Shown here in pieces: positions 19,654 through 28,710 of a stretch of DNA of 64,000 nucleotides. The notes beneath the pieces are model-generated. The model was not told the origin of the DNA, did no database searches, and saw only the letters and a list, made by a program, of their open reading frames with translations. The stretch comes from an uncultured Pelagibacteraceae bacterium. Lineage in GTDB: Bacteria > Pseudomonadota > Alphaproteobacteria > Pelagibacterales > Pelagibacteraceae. How positions within the stretch are numbered: position 1 is the first letter of the stretch; each line of letters opens with the position of its first letter. Location: positions 2,061 through 66,060 of the forward strand of contig CACCLK010000002.1 in the NCBI GenBank assembly GCA_902546795.1, read 5' to 3'. The position numbers were made by a program, and so were the translations under genes.

Positions 19654-21270
19654 ATGTCTTTAAAAAATTATAGAACTGGATTAAAAAAAACTAGTGTTAA
19701 TTACACTCCATTAAGTCCAGTTAGTTTCTTAGAAAGGACAGCCAATATTTTTCCTAACTATACTTCAATTATTAGTGAGAAAAAAAAATTTACCTGGAGG
19801 CAAACTTTTGAAAGATGTAAGGCCTTCGCAAATTCACTTAAAAAAATTGGTATTAAAACTGGTGACACGATTTCAATCATTTCTCCAAATACTTATGCAA
19901 TGTATGAAGCTCATTTCTCTGTCCCAATGATTGGAGCAGTTTTAAATACAATAAACATAAGACTTGATCCAAGAACAATTAATTATATTTTGAAACACTC
20001 AAATTCAAAACTGGTGCTAGTAGATACTGAATTTTTTCCTTTGTTTAAATCCTCATTAAAATACGGAGGTATTAAATTAAAAATTATTACAATTAATGAC
20101 GATAAAAGGTTTTCAAAGAATTTAAAATTTGGTTTAGATTATGAAAGTCTCTTAAAGAAATCAAAAAATAAAAAAGATTTTATAAAAATTCAAGATGAGT
20201 GGTTCCCAATTAGTTTATGCTATACTTCGGGCACAACTGGTAAACCGAAAGGAGTAGTTACACATCATAGAGGGGCCTATCTTAACTCAATATTTAATCA
20301 AATGGTTTGGAACATGAAAAAAAATCCAGTGTATTTGTGGACACTTCCAATGTTTCATTGTAATGGGTGGTGTTTTCCATGGACTATTGCAGCAGTAGCT
20401 GGAGTAAACATTTGTATTAGAAAAATTAATCCTAAAGAAATTTTCAAATTGATAAAAAAACATAAAGTTTCAAATTTGTGTGGAACTACTGTAATAATCA
20501 ATATGCTAATAGAGCAAAAAACAAAACTCAAAAAAAAAGTGTCCTTTATGACTGGAGCAGCGCCACCACCACCATCTATTCTTGCTCAAATAGAGAAGCA
20601 AGGATTTGAAATTACACACACATACGGACTTACAGAAGTTTATGGCCCAGCCGTAGTTTGCGAATTTCAAAATGATTGGAAAAAATTAAAGCCTAATTTA
20701 ATAGCTAGAAATAAATCCAAACAGGGTGTTAAATACCCTGGCTTGTCTAATTTGAAAGTAATAGGTTTAAAAAATAATAAGTACGTTAAAGAGAATGGAA
20801 AAGAATTAGGAGAGGTTTGTATGAAAGGCAATACAGTTATGATGGGTTATTATAAAGACGAAACCTCTACCAAAAAAACTTTCAAAAAAGGGTGGTTTCG
20901 AACTGGAGATTTAGCTGTAGTTGATAAAAATGGTTATATTCAGATAAAAGATAGATCTAAAGATATAATTATCTCAGGGGGAGAAAACATTAGTTCAATA
21001 GAAATTGAAAATGTTTTAAACAAACATAAAGACATAGTTGATGCAGCTGTTGTTTCAAAATATGACAAAAAATGGGGAGAAGTCCCTTGTGCCTTCATCA
21101 CAATAAGAAAAAACTCTAAGTTAAATGACCACCAAATTGTCGAGTTTTGTCGCAAATATATGGCTAAATTTAAAATCCCAAAAAAATTTATTTTCGGTAA
21201 AATTACTAAAACTTCAACTGGAAAAACTAAGAAATTTGTATTGCGTAAATTAGCTAATCAGTTTAATTAA
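19654..21270 (+). CDS. Acyl-CoA synthetase / AMP-binding ligase (DmdB/AAE-like family)
   Basis: YTSGTTGKPKG, LPMFHCNGW, YGLTE, GWFRTGD, DRSKDIIISGGENISSIE, KTSTGK. Confidence 0.9.
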   Translation: MSLKNYRTGLKKTSVNYTPLSPVSFLERTANIFPNYTSIISEKKKFTWRQTFERCKAFANSLKKIGIKTGDTISIISPNTYAMYEAHFSVPMIGAVLNTINIRLDPRTINYILKHSNSKLVLVDTEFFPLFKSSLKYGGIKLKIITINDDKRFSKNLKFGLDYESLLKKSKNKKDFIKIQDEWFPISLCYTSGTTGKPKGVVTHHRGAYLNSIFNQMVWNMKKNPVYLWTLPMFHCNGWCFPWTIAAVAGVNICIRKINPKEIFKLIKKHKVSNLCGTTVIINMLIEQKTKLKKKVSFMTGAAPPPPSILAQIEKQGFEITHTYGLTEVYGPAVVCEFQNDWKKLKPNLIARNKSKQGVKYPGLSNLKVIGLKNNKYVKENGKELGEVCMKGNTVMMGYYKDETSTKKTFKKGWFRTGDLAVVDKNGYIQIKDRSKDIIISGGENISSIEIENVLNKHKDIVDAAVVSKYDKKWGEVPCAFITIRKNSKLNDHQIVEFCRKYMAKFKIPKKFIFGKITKTSTGKTKKFVLRKLANQFN

Positions 21271-21291
21271 ATGATAGTATAGTAAAACAAT

Positions 21292-22491
21292 ATGAGTGTT
21301 AAATTAGTTAAAAATATAGTTACTCCAAAATCTATAAACGATTGGAAAGACCCGCTTTATTTAGAAGGCTTACTTACCGATAAAGAGAAAAAAATTCAAA
21401 AAAAAGCAAAAGAATTTTGTCTCAACCGACTAATGCCCACGGTAATCGAGGACAATAATAAAAGTTTTTTTGACAGAAAAATTTATAATGATTTAGGATC
21501 AAACGGTTTTCTAGGAAATACTATTGAAGGTTACGGTTCTGCTAATGTATCAAGTGTGGCATATGGGTTAGTCGCGAAGGAACTAGAGTCCGTTGATAGT
21601 AGTTATAGATCAGCAATTTCTGTTCAGTCTTCATTAGTAATTTATCCTATATATACATTTGGTTCGGAGGAACAAAAGAAAAAATATATTCCTGAATTAA
21701 TAAAAGGAAATCTTGTAGGCTGCTTTGGTTTAACAGAAAGTATCTCAGGATCTGACCCATCATCTATGGAAACGACTTTTGAAGAAGTTTCAGATGGTTA
21801 TATTTTAAATGGATCAAAAAACTGGATTACCAATGCACCATTTGCGGATGTTTTTATAATTTGGGCATTCAGCAAGGAAAAAAAAGTTCACGGTTTTGTA
21901 GTAGATAAAAACTTAAAAGGCCTTAAGACAGAAAAAATTGAAAAATCTAGTATTAAAATTGCACAAGCTGGAAAAATTTTTTTAAAAAACGTTAAAGTTT
22001 CAAAAGACAGCATACTACCAAAAACTAGCGGTTGGAAATCAATTTACTCATGCATTAACAAAGCGAGATATGGAATCGCCTGGGGAGCAATGGGAGCTGC
22101 TGAAACTTGTTGGCTTATTGCTAAAGATTATTCTGAAAAAAGAATTGTAAATAAAAAACCTTTAGCTTCGAAACAATTAGTACAAAAAAAACTTGCTGAC
22201 ATGATGACCGAGATATCTTTAGGTTTCAGCGGATGTATAATTGCAGGAAGATCTATGGATGAAAATAAAGATTTAAAAATAGCAATTAGTTTACTAAAGA
22301 GAAATAATTGTAAAAAAGCTTTGAACATTGTGAGGGATGCAAGAGATATTTTAGCTGGTAACGGGATACTTGATGAGTATCACATTATAAGACATTTGGT
22401 TAATTTAGAAACCGTGAATACTTATGATGGAACTGAGGATACACACGCACTTATATTAGGTAAACTCCAAACAGGAATGGATGCGTTCTAA
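21292..22491 (+). CDS. Acyl-CoA dehydrogenase, glutaryl-CoA dehydrogenase-like but divergent
   Basis: W.DPL, VDSSYRS..SVQSSL, GCFGLTE..GSDP, GSKNWITNAP, ARYGIAWG, VNTYDGT..HALILG. Confidence 0.85.
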   Translation: MSVKLVKNIVTPKSINDWKDPLYLEGLLTDKEKKIQKKAKEFCLNRLMPTVIEDNNKSFFDRKIYNDLGSNGFLGNTIEGYGSANVSSVAYGLVAKELESVDSSYRSAISVQSSLVIYPIYTFGSEEQKKKYIPELIKGNLVGCFGLTESISGSDPSSMETTFEEVSDGYILNGSKNWITNAPFADVFIIWAFSKEKKVHGFVVDKNLKGLKTEKIEKSSIKIAQAGKIFLKNVKVSKDSILPKTSGWKSIYSCINKARYGIAWGAMGAAETCWLIAKDYSEKRIVNKKPLASKQLVQKKLADMMTEISLGFSGCIIAGRSMDENKDLKIAISLLKRNNCKKALNIVRDARDILAGNGILDEYHIIRHLVNLETVNTYDGTEDTHALILGKLQTGMDAF

Positions 22492-23509
22492 AATAGATAA
22501 GAAAGAAATAATTCTCTCAAATATTTCAAACACAGACAAAGATGAGCTTGGAAATTTTTACAAAACAACATTTCCAACAAGATATAAAAGTTTAATTAAC
22601 AACTGGTCTTGGTGGTACAAAAATGATAATAAAGAAATTGAACCAATAATTTTACTAGATAGAAAAAAAGTAATAGGTCAAGCAGCTTTCATTTCCATAA
22701 AAATTAATATTTTTGGCAAAATAATAAAAGCAATATGGTTTCAAGATTACGCAATCTTACCAGAGTATAAGGGGTTAGGTTATGGAAAAATGCTTTGTGC
22801 AGAATGGATGAAAATTTGCCCCAATCAAATGGCAATCTGTAGTCCTTTTTCATTAAGAGTTTTAAAAAAATTTAATTGGAATGATAATTATGAAAACAAA
22901 AGATATGTTAAACCATTAAACTTTACAAAATTTTTACCATACTTAAAAAAAGTCGATAACAATACCATAAATAACATTTATAAATTTTTTTTAAGATTTA
23001 AAAAAAGTAAGTCGAGTGTCAAAATTTATAAAATTAAAGATAATTTAAGTGTTCTAACAGATGCTTTTTCTAATCAAGAGGAACCTTTTGACAATAATTT
23101 TATAAATATACATAGAGATCTTGATTGGTTCAGCTGGAGATTTGTAGATTGCCCCTACAAAGATGATATTTATTTTTTCCAATATCAAAATAATTTCTCA
23201 ATAGTACACATTTATCAAAAAGAAAATATTAAAAGATTAAATATAATGTATAATTTTTTCACAGACAAATCTTTCGAAAATGAAATTTTGGCATCAATAA
23301 TATCTTGGTCTATTGATAATAATATAGATTTCGTTTGGGCAGTGAGTAAAAATATTGAATTTAAGAATATTTTCTCAAGCATGTTAACAAAATCTTTAAA
23401 ATTAGCAACTTGGACTGGAAAAAAAGAAAATTCTAATTGTTTTGAAAATGGTATCTTTAACTTACAAGGCGTGGACTCAGACATTGAAAGTGGTCTTTAC
23501 GTTGAATAA
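22481..23509 (+). CDS. GNAT-family N-acyltransferase (probably two GNAT-like domains)
   Basis: DYAILPEYKGLGYG acyl-CoA-binding motif A; R...WF.WRF..CP in second half; start overlaps the upstream stop. Confidence 0.7.
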   Translation: MRSKIDKKEIILSNISNTDKDELGNFYKTTFPTRYKSLINNWSWWYKNDNKEIEPIILLDRKKVIGQAAFISIKINIFGKIIKAIWFQDYAILPEYKGLGYGKMLCAEWMKICPNQMAICSPFSLRVLKKFNWNDNYENKRYVKPLNFTKFLPYLKKVDNNTINNIYKFFLRFKKSKSSVKIYKIKDNLSVLTDAFSNQEEPFDNNFINIHRDLDWFSWRFVDCPYKDDIYFFQYQNNFSIVHIYQKENIKRLNIMYNFFTDKSFENEILASIISWSIDNNIDFVWAVSKNIEFKNIFSSMLTKSLKLATWTGKKENSNCFENGIFNLQGVDSDIESGLYVE

Positions 23510-23511
23510 TT

Positions 23512-24264
23512 TCAATTTTTAGAGTGCAATTGACTTTGAATAAAATGACAGACTATTGAGACTGTATTAGAAATATTTAGACTTTCAATTTTAGGATTGA
23601 TTGAAATTTTAAATTTATGATCACTATAACCTAATGTTTTTTGCCTTAGACCCTCTCCTTCAGACCCAAATAACAAAACATTTCTTCCTTCCCAATTATT
23701 TTCTTTAAAGTCTTTTTTTCCTCTCACATCAAAAGCACTTACCCAAAAGTTTTTACTTTTTAAATATTTTAATGTTGAATTTATGTTAGAAACTTTAAAA
23801 ATGTTTAAATGTTCAACCCCACCACTTGCACTTTTATACATTAATTTACTTTTTTCTGGAAATGATCTCTCTTTTACAATAAGGCCGTCTATATTAAAAG
23901 CCAAAGCCGTTCTTATTATTGAACCTATATTTCTTGGGTCAGTTACACCATCTAAAACAATTAAATTAATGTTCTGTGTATTATTTTTATTTAAAAATTC
24001 TTTTACAGATATATCTTCTTTTTTCTCTATTTCTAAAACCAATCCTTGATGTGATGTTTCGCTATTTCCGGATAAATTATTTAATTCTTTTTTAGATCTG
24101 AATATTACTTGAATATTTCGTAAGATATTGATCTCTTGATTCTCTCTATTGAGATTTTTTTTGGACTCTTCTGTTAAATATATTTTTAAACATTTTCTAT
24201 TTGGGTTTTTGAGAGCCTCTGTGACTGCATGCTTACCAACGATAAAAAATGTGCTTTTCTTCAT
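23512..24264 (-). CDS. rlmB: 23S rRNA Gm2251 methyltransferase
   Basis: GKHAV.EAL, HQG, LDGVTDPRNIGSIIRTA, GSEGEG, ESLNIS; ATG at 24264. Confidence 0.9.
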   Translation of the reverse strand: MKKSTFFIVGKHAVTEALKNPNRKCLKIYLTEESKKNLNRENQEINILRNIQVIFRSKKELNNLSGNSETSHQGLVLEIEKKEDISVKEFLNKNNTQNINLIVLDGVTDPRNIGSIIRTALAFNIDGLIVKERSFPEKSKLMYKSASGGVEHLNIFKVSNINSTLKYLKSKNFWVSAFDVRGKKDFKENNWEGRNVLLFGSEGEGLRQKTLGYSDHKFKISINPKIESLNISNTVSIVCHFIQSQLHSKN

Positions 24265-24317
24265 AAAAATACCCAAAATTTATGAATAACTAGCATATTT
24301 TAAAGCAAAATGATTTA

Positions 24318-24345
24318 TTGCATTTATTGTACAAATGCTTATAAA
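24318..24345 (+). promoter_or_regulatory. Putative promoter of tRNA-Tyr/Gly/tuf unit
   Basis: TTGCAT (24318-24323), 16 nt, TATAAA (24340-24345). Confidence 0.5.
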
Positions 24346-24397
24346 ACCCATTGTTGTTTGATATTTTTAAGTTAAAAGGTATCCCTAAAGAGAGTTT

Positions 24398-24483
24398 GGA
24401 GGGGTACCAAAGCGGTCAAATGGGGCGGGCTGTAAACCCGTTGACTTCGGTCTTCGAAAGTTCGAATCTTTCCCCCTCCACCA
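24398..24483 (+). tRNA. tRNA-Tyr (anticodon GTA)
   Basis: GGAGGGG/CCCCTCC plus ACCA; GCGGG-CTGTAAA-CCCGT; long variable arm. Confidence 0.96.
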
Positions 24484-24530
24484 AACTTAAACATATTGAT
24501 TAATAAACGAGCGAGATGAGTTTGGATTTT

Positions 24531-24604
24531 GCGGGTGTAGTTCAATGGTAGAACGCTAGCCTTCCAAGCTGGATGTAAGGGTTCGATTCCCTTTACCCGC
24601 TCCA
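24531..24604 (+). tRNA. tRNA-Gly (anticodon TCC)
   Basis: GCGGGTG/TACCCGC plus TCCA; CTAGC-CTTCCAA-GCTGG. Confidence 0.96.
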
Positions 24605-24632
24605 AAATTAAAAAAAGTGAGGATTAAAAAAA

Positions 24633-25823
24633 ATGTCGAAAGAAAAATTTAATAGAAGTAAACCACATTGTAATATTGGTACAATTGGACACGTAGACCA
24701 CGGAAAAACAACTTTAACAGCTGCTATAACAAAAGTTTTAGCTGAAGCAGGTGGAGCAAAATTTGTTGCCTACGATCAAATTGATAAAGCTCCAGAAGAA
24801 AAAGAGAGAGGTATTACTATCTCCACTGCACACGTAGAGTATGAAACTGCGAAACGTCACTATGCACACGTCGACTGCCCAGGCCATGCTGACTACGTAA
24901 AAAATATGATAACGGGAGCTGCGCAAATGGATGGAGCGATATTAGTAGTAAACGCTGCTGATGGACCCATGCCGCAAACAAGAGAACACATTCTCTTAGC
25001 TAGACAAGTTGGTGTTCCAGCGATAGTAGTTTTTCTTAACAAGATTGACCAAGTGAAAGATAAAGAGCTTGTAGATTTAGTTGAGGAGGAAATTAGGGAA
25101 TTATTAACTTCTTACAAATTTCCTGGAGACAAAATTCCTATAATTAAAGGTTCAGCTTTAAACGCAGTTGAGGGAAAAGATGAAGCGACTGGAAAAAATG
25201 CAATAATGGAATTAATGAAAGCCGTCGATGAAACGATCCCGCAACCTAATAGACCAAAAGACAAACCCTTCTTAATGCCAGTCGAAGATGTTTTTTCAAT
25301 ATCTGGAAGAGGAACAGTAGTTACTGGAAGAGTTGAACAAGGTGTTATTAAAGTTGGTGAGGAAATTGAAATAGTAGGTATTAGAGATACAAAAAAATCG
25401 GTTTGTACTGGTGTAGAGATGTTTAGAAAACTTTTGGATACCGGCGAAGCGGGAGATAATATTGGCGCCCTTTTAAGAGGAGTTGAAAGAGAGGATGTAG
25501 AGAGAGGTCAAGTTTTATCTAAGCCAGGTTCAGTAACTCCTCATACCGAATTTGAATGTCAGGCTTATATTTTAAAAAAGGAAGAAGGGGGAAGACATAC
25601 TCCGTTTTTTACAAAATATAGACCACAATTTTATTTTAGAACTACAGATGTGACTGGTGAAGTAACACTTCCTTCTGGAACTGAAATGGTAATGCCAGGT
25701 GATGATGGCAAGTTCACAGTTAAACTTATTACTCCAATTGCAATGAGTGAAAAACTTAATTTTGCGATTAGAGAAGGTGGTAAGACTGTTGGAGCTGGCG
25801 TTGTTACAAAAATTATTAAGTAG
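24633..25823 (+). CDS. tuf: Elongation factor Tu
   Basis: [27 protein letters not shown]. Confidence 0.99.
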   Translation: MSKEKFNRSKPHCNIGTIGHVDHGKTTLTAAITKVLAEAGGAKFVAYDQIDKAPEEKERGITISTAHVEYETAKRHYAHVDCPGHADYVKNMITGAAQMDGAILVVNAADGPMPQTREHILLARQVGVPAIVVFLNKIDQVKDKELVDLVEEEIRELLTSYKFPGDKIPIIKGSALNAVEGKDEATGKNAIMELMKAVDETIPQPNRPKDKPFLMPVEDVFSISGRGTVVTGRVEQGVIKVGEEIEIVGIRDTKKSVCTGVEMFRKLLDTGEAGDNIGALLRGVEREDVERGQVLSKPGSVTPHTEFECQAYILKKEEGGRHTPFFTKYRPQFYFRTTDVTGEVTLPSGTEMVMPGDDGKFTVKLITPIAMSEKLNFAIREGGKTVGAGVVTKIIK

Positions 25824-25829
25824 GCTACT

Positions 25830-25905
25830 AGGAGTGTAGCTCAATTGGTAGAGCGCCGGTCTCCAAAACCGGAGGTTGGGGGTTCGATTCCCTCCGCTCC
25901 TGCCA
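25830..25905 (+). tRNA. tRNA-Trp (anticodon CCA)
   Basis: AGGAGTG/CGCTCCT plus GCCA; CCGGT-CTCCAAA-ACCGG. Confidence 0.96.
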
Positions 25906-25918
25906 AAAATTTAAATTT

Positions 25919-26110
25919 ATGAAAAACCCTTTAAGATTTTTTCAAGAAGTAAAACAGGAAGCTTTCAGAGTGACCTGGCCCACAAAAAAAGAAACTATGC
26001 AAGGAGCTCTAATGGTTTTTGCTTTGGCTTCAATTGCTGCTATTTTTTTTCTTTTATTAGATCAAATTTTACGTTTTTTATTGAATTTCATTTTAACTAT
26101 AAATTTTTAA
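25919..26110 (+). CDS. secE: Preprotein translocase SecE
   Basis: EV..E..RVTWPTKKE plus one TM helix, between tRNA-Trp and nusG. Confidence 0.93.
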   Translation: MKNPLRFFQEVKQEAFRVTWPTKKETMQGALMVFALASIAAIFFLLLDQILRFLLNFILTINF

Positions 26111-26113
26111 TTT

Positions 26114-26638
26114 ATGAACTGGTATATAGTACAAGCATATTCTGGATTCGAAAAAAAAGTTGTTGAGTCAATTAAAGAGGAGCTTAAAAAACATAAGTTT
26201 GAGAGCCATTTAGAGCAGGTTTTATTACCCACCCATCAAGTTACAGAAGTCAAAAAAGGCAAACGAACAAAAAAAGAGAAGAAATATTTCCCTGGTTATG
26301 TGCTAATCAAAATCGATTTAACAAAACAAATTTATCATTTAATAAAAGGCTTACAAAAAGTAAGTGGTTTTCTAGGATCAAAAGATAAACCAACTCCTAT
26401 TTCAGACGCAGAGATTAAAAGAATTTTAGGCCAAGTTTCAGAGAGTGCTATAAGTCAAAAAAGTGGTATAAGTTTCGAAATTGGTGAAAAAGTAAAAGTT
26501 TGTGATGGTCCGTTCGCATCTTTTAGCGGTTTAATTGAAGAAATTGATGAAGAAAAGTCTAGACTTAAAGTATCTGTTTCTATATTTGGTAGACCAACTC
26601 CTGTAGATTTAGAATTTAATCAGGTGGAGAAAAACTGA
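26114..26638 (+). CDS. nusG: Transcription factor NusG
   Basis: [39 protein letters not shown]. Confidence 0.97.
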   Translation: MNWYIVQAYSGFEKKVVESIKEELKKHKFESHLEQVLLPTHQVTEVKKGKRTKKEKKYFPGYVLIKIDLTKQIYHLIKGLQKVSGFLGSKDKPTPISDAEIKRILGQVSESAISQKSGISFEIGEKVKVCDGPFASFSGLIEEIDEEKSRLKVSVSIFGRPTPVDLEFNQVEKN

Positions 26639-26639
26639 T

Positions 26640-27068
26640 ATGGCAAAAAAAGAAATAGCAGGTTTTGTTAAGTTACAAATTAAAGGTGGTCAAGCTAACC
26701 CAGCGCCTCCTGTAGGACCAGCATTGGGTCAAAGAGGAATAAATATTATGGAGTTCTGTAAAGCCTTTAACGAGAAAACAAAATCATTTATGGGGAAACC
26801 AGTACCTGTCGTGATCACTGTTTACAAAGACAAAAAGTTTGATTTTATAATAAAATCTCCTCCAGCATCACATTTTATTAGAGAAGCAGCAAAACTCAAA
26901 AGTGGATCCAAAGAACCTGGAAGAGTAGTCGCTGGTTCTATAACTATGAAACAAGCAGAAGCAATAGCAAAAGAAAAAATGAAAGATTTAAATGCTTTTG
27001 ATCTTAAGGAGGCAACCAAAATTATATGCGGCTCAGCAAGATCAATGGGAATAGAGGTTAAAGAATAA
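26640..27068 (+). CDS. rplK: 50S ribosomal protein L11
   Basis: [18 protein letters not shown]. Confidence 0.98.
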   Translation: MAKKEIAGFVKLQIKGGQANPAPPVGPALGQRGINIMEFCKAFNEKTKSFMGKPVPVVITVYKDKKFDFIIKSPPASHFIREAAKLKSGSKEPGRVVAGSITMKQAEAIAKEKMKDLNAFDLKEATKIICGSARSMGIEVKE

Positions 27069-27072
27069 AAAA

Positions 27073-27762
27073 ATGAAAAAAAGGTCAAAAAGATATAAAA
27101 ATATTCATAAGGATGTGAAATCTAAAAAAGCTAATTCCTTAAAAGAAGTATTTGAAATAATTAAAAAAAATTCAAACACTAAATTCGACGAGTCAGTAGA
27201 TGTTTCTCTTAAGATAAATTTGAAGCAATCAAAAGGTGGCGATTTTAGTCTCAGAACTGTAGCTCTACTTCCCAACGGTTCAGGAAAAAAAATTAAAGTT
27301 GCTGTCTTATGTGACTCAGATAAAATTTCTGAGGTTAAAAAATTTGGAGCAGACATCGTTGGATCAGATGACTTAATAGAAAAAATTTCCTCAGGTAAAA
27401 TTGATTTTAATAAATTAATATGTTCACCGTCTATGATGTCTAAACTTGGAAAATTAGGTAAAATACTTGGGCCAAAAGGTTTAATGCCAAATCCTAAGCT
27501 TGGAACTGTTAATTCGGATCTAAAAAAAGCAGTTGCTGACATTAAAACAGGTTTAGTTGAGTTAAAAAATGATAAAGATGGCAATGTAGCTGCAACAATT
27601 GGTCGAAAAAGTTTCTCGTCTGAAAAATTACTAGAGAATTACAATTTTTTTATTGATTTTTTAAAAAAAGAAAAACCAGAAAATATCAAAGGTGAATTTT
27701 TGAAAAACATATTTGTATCATCAACTATGGGTGTTTCTGTAAAAACTAATAATTTGAAATAA
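27073..27762 (+). CDS. rplA: 50S ribosomal protein L1
   Basis: KFDESVD, LGKILGPKGLMPNPKLGTV, SSTMG. Confidence 0.97.
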   Translation: MKKRSKRYKNIHKDVKSKKANSLKEVFEIIKKNSNTKFDESVDVSLKINLKQSKGGDFSLRTVALLPNGSGKKIKVAVLCDSDKISEVKKFGADIVGSDDLIEKISSGKIDFNKLICSPSMMSKLGKLGKILGPKGLMPNPKLGTVNSDLKKAVADIKTGLVELKNDKDGNVAATIGRKSFSSEKLLENYNFFIDFLKKEKPENIKGEFLKNIFVSSTMGVSVKTNNLK

Positions 27763-27763
27763 T

Positions 27764-28273
27764 ATGGATAAACAAGCAAAAAAAAATTACATTGAGGAGA
27801 TGAAAAAAAATTTTTCATCAAACAATTCTGTAATGATAGCACAATATCAAGGTTTAAACGTAAATGAACTTGATGAACTAAGAAAAAGTTTAAGAGAGCA
27901 GGGTATTCTATTTAAAATTACAAAAAATAGAATTACTAAAATTGCTATCAAAGACTCACCTGTTAAAGATCTTGAAAAATATTTTTCTGGCCCCACAGCT
28001 GCAGCTCTTTCTTCCGATCCAATTATGACAGCCAAGATATTAACTAAATTTGCAAAGACTCATAATAAGCTCAAAATCATCGCTGGTTTTATGGATGGTA
28101 AGGTTTTAGACAAAAATGAGGTGGCTATAATCGCCACATTACCAACTTTAGACGAAGCAAGAGCAAAAATAGTGGGTATTTTGACCTCTCCAGCCCAAAA
28201 AATTTTAAGTATTTTACTTGCACCTGGCTCAAAAATTGCTAATTTAGCGCGCGCGAAGAGTTTAAAAAAATAA
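27764..28273 (+). CDS. rplJ: 50S ribosomal protein L10
   Basis: Y.GLNV....[17 protein letters not shown]. Confidence 0.96.
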   Translation: MDKQAKKNYIEEMKKNFSSNNSVMIAQYQGLNVNELDELRKSLREQGILFKITKNRITKIAIKDSPVKDLEKYFSGPTAAALSSDPIMTAKILTKFAKTHNKLKIIAGFMDGKVLDKNEVAIIATLPTLDEARAKIVGILTSPAQKILSILLAPGSKIANLARAKSLKK

Positions 28274-28289
28274 TTCAAAGGATTTACAC

Positions 28290-28658
28290 ATGGCCGACCT
28301 AAATAAAATTATAGACGAACTTTCAAAATTAACTGTTGTTGAAGCAGCTGAGTTATCAAAACAACTTGAAGAAAAGTGGGGCGTTACAGCAGCTGCACCA
28401 GTAGCAGCAGCAGCACCTGGCGGAGCAGCTCCAGCAGGAGAAGAAAAATCAGAATTTTCAATTTTTCTTTCAGCAGCAGGCGATAAAAAAATAAATGTTA
28501 TTAAAGAAGTGAGAGCTATAACTGGTTTAGGTCTAAAAGAAGCAAAGGACTTGGTTGAGGGAGCGCCAAAAGAAATCAAAAACGGCGTACCAAAAAAAGA
28601 CGCTGAAGAATTTAAGAAAAAACTTGAAGCTGCAGGCGCAAAAGTAGAATTAAAGTAA
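28290..28658 (+). CDS. rplL: 50S ribosomal protein L7/L12
   Basis: [31 protein letters not shown]. Confidence 0.98.
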   Translation: MADLNKIIDELSKLTVVEAAELSKQLEEKWGVTAAAPVAAAAPGGAAPAGEEKSEFSIFLSAAGDKKINVIKEVRAITGLGLKEAKDLVEGAPKEIKNGVPKKDAEEFKKKLEAAGAKVELK

Positions 28659-28710
28659 ACGTTTTTAAGAATTAGATTACACCGTTTAGTTACGGTAGAG
28701 ATTAGTGTTA

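Noticed and set aside
19654-22491. DMSP demethylation pair dmdB-dmdC
   Set aside because: The ligase is DmdB-like, but the dehydrogenase is a 399-aa GCDH type rather than the longer DmdC type, and no dmdA or dmdD is nearby; no gene symbols assigned
12450-23509. Prophage or integrative element at the tRNAs
   Set aside because: No integrase, transposase or phage gene, and no duplicated tRNA 3' end seen
24372-24605. 77-aa minus-strand ORF (MERVKGIEP...)
   Set aside because: It is the antisense reading of tRNA-Gly and tRNA-Tyr, a classic spurious ORF
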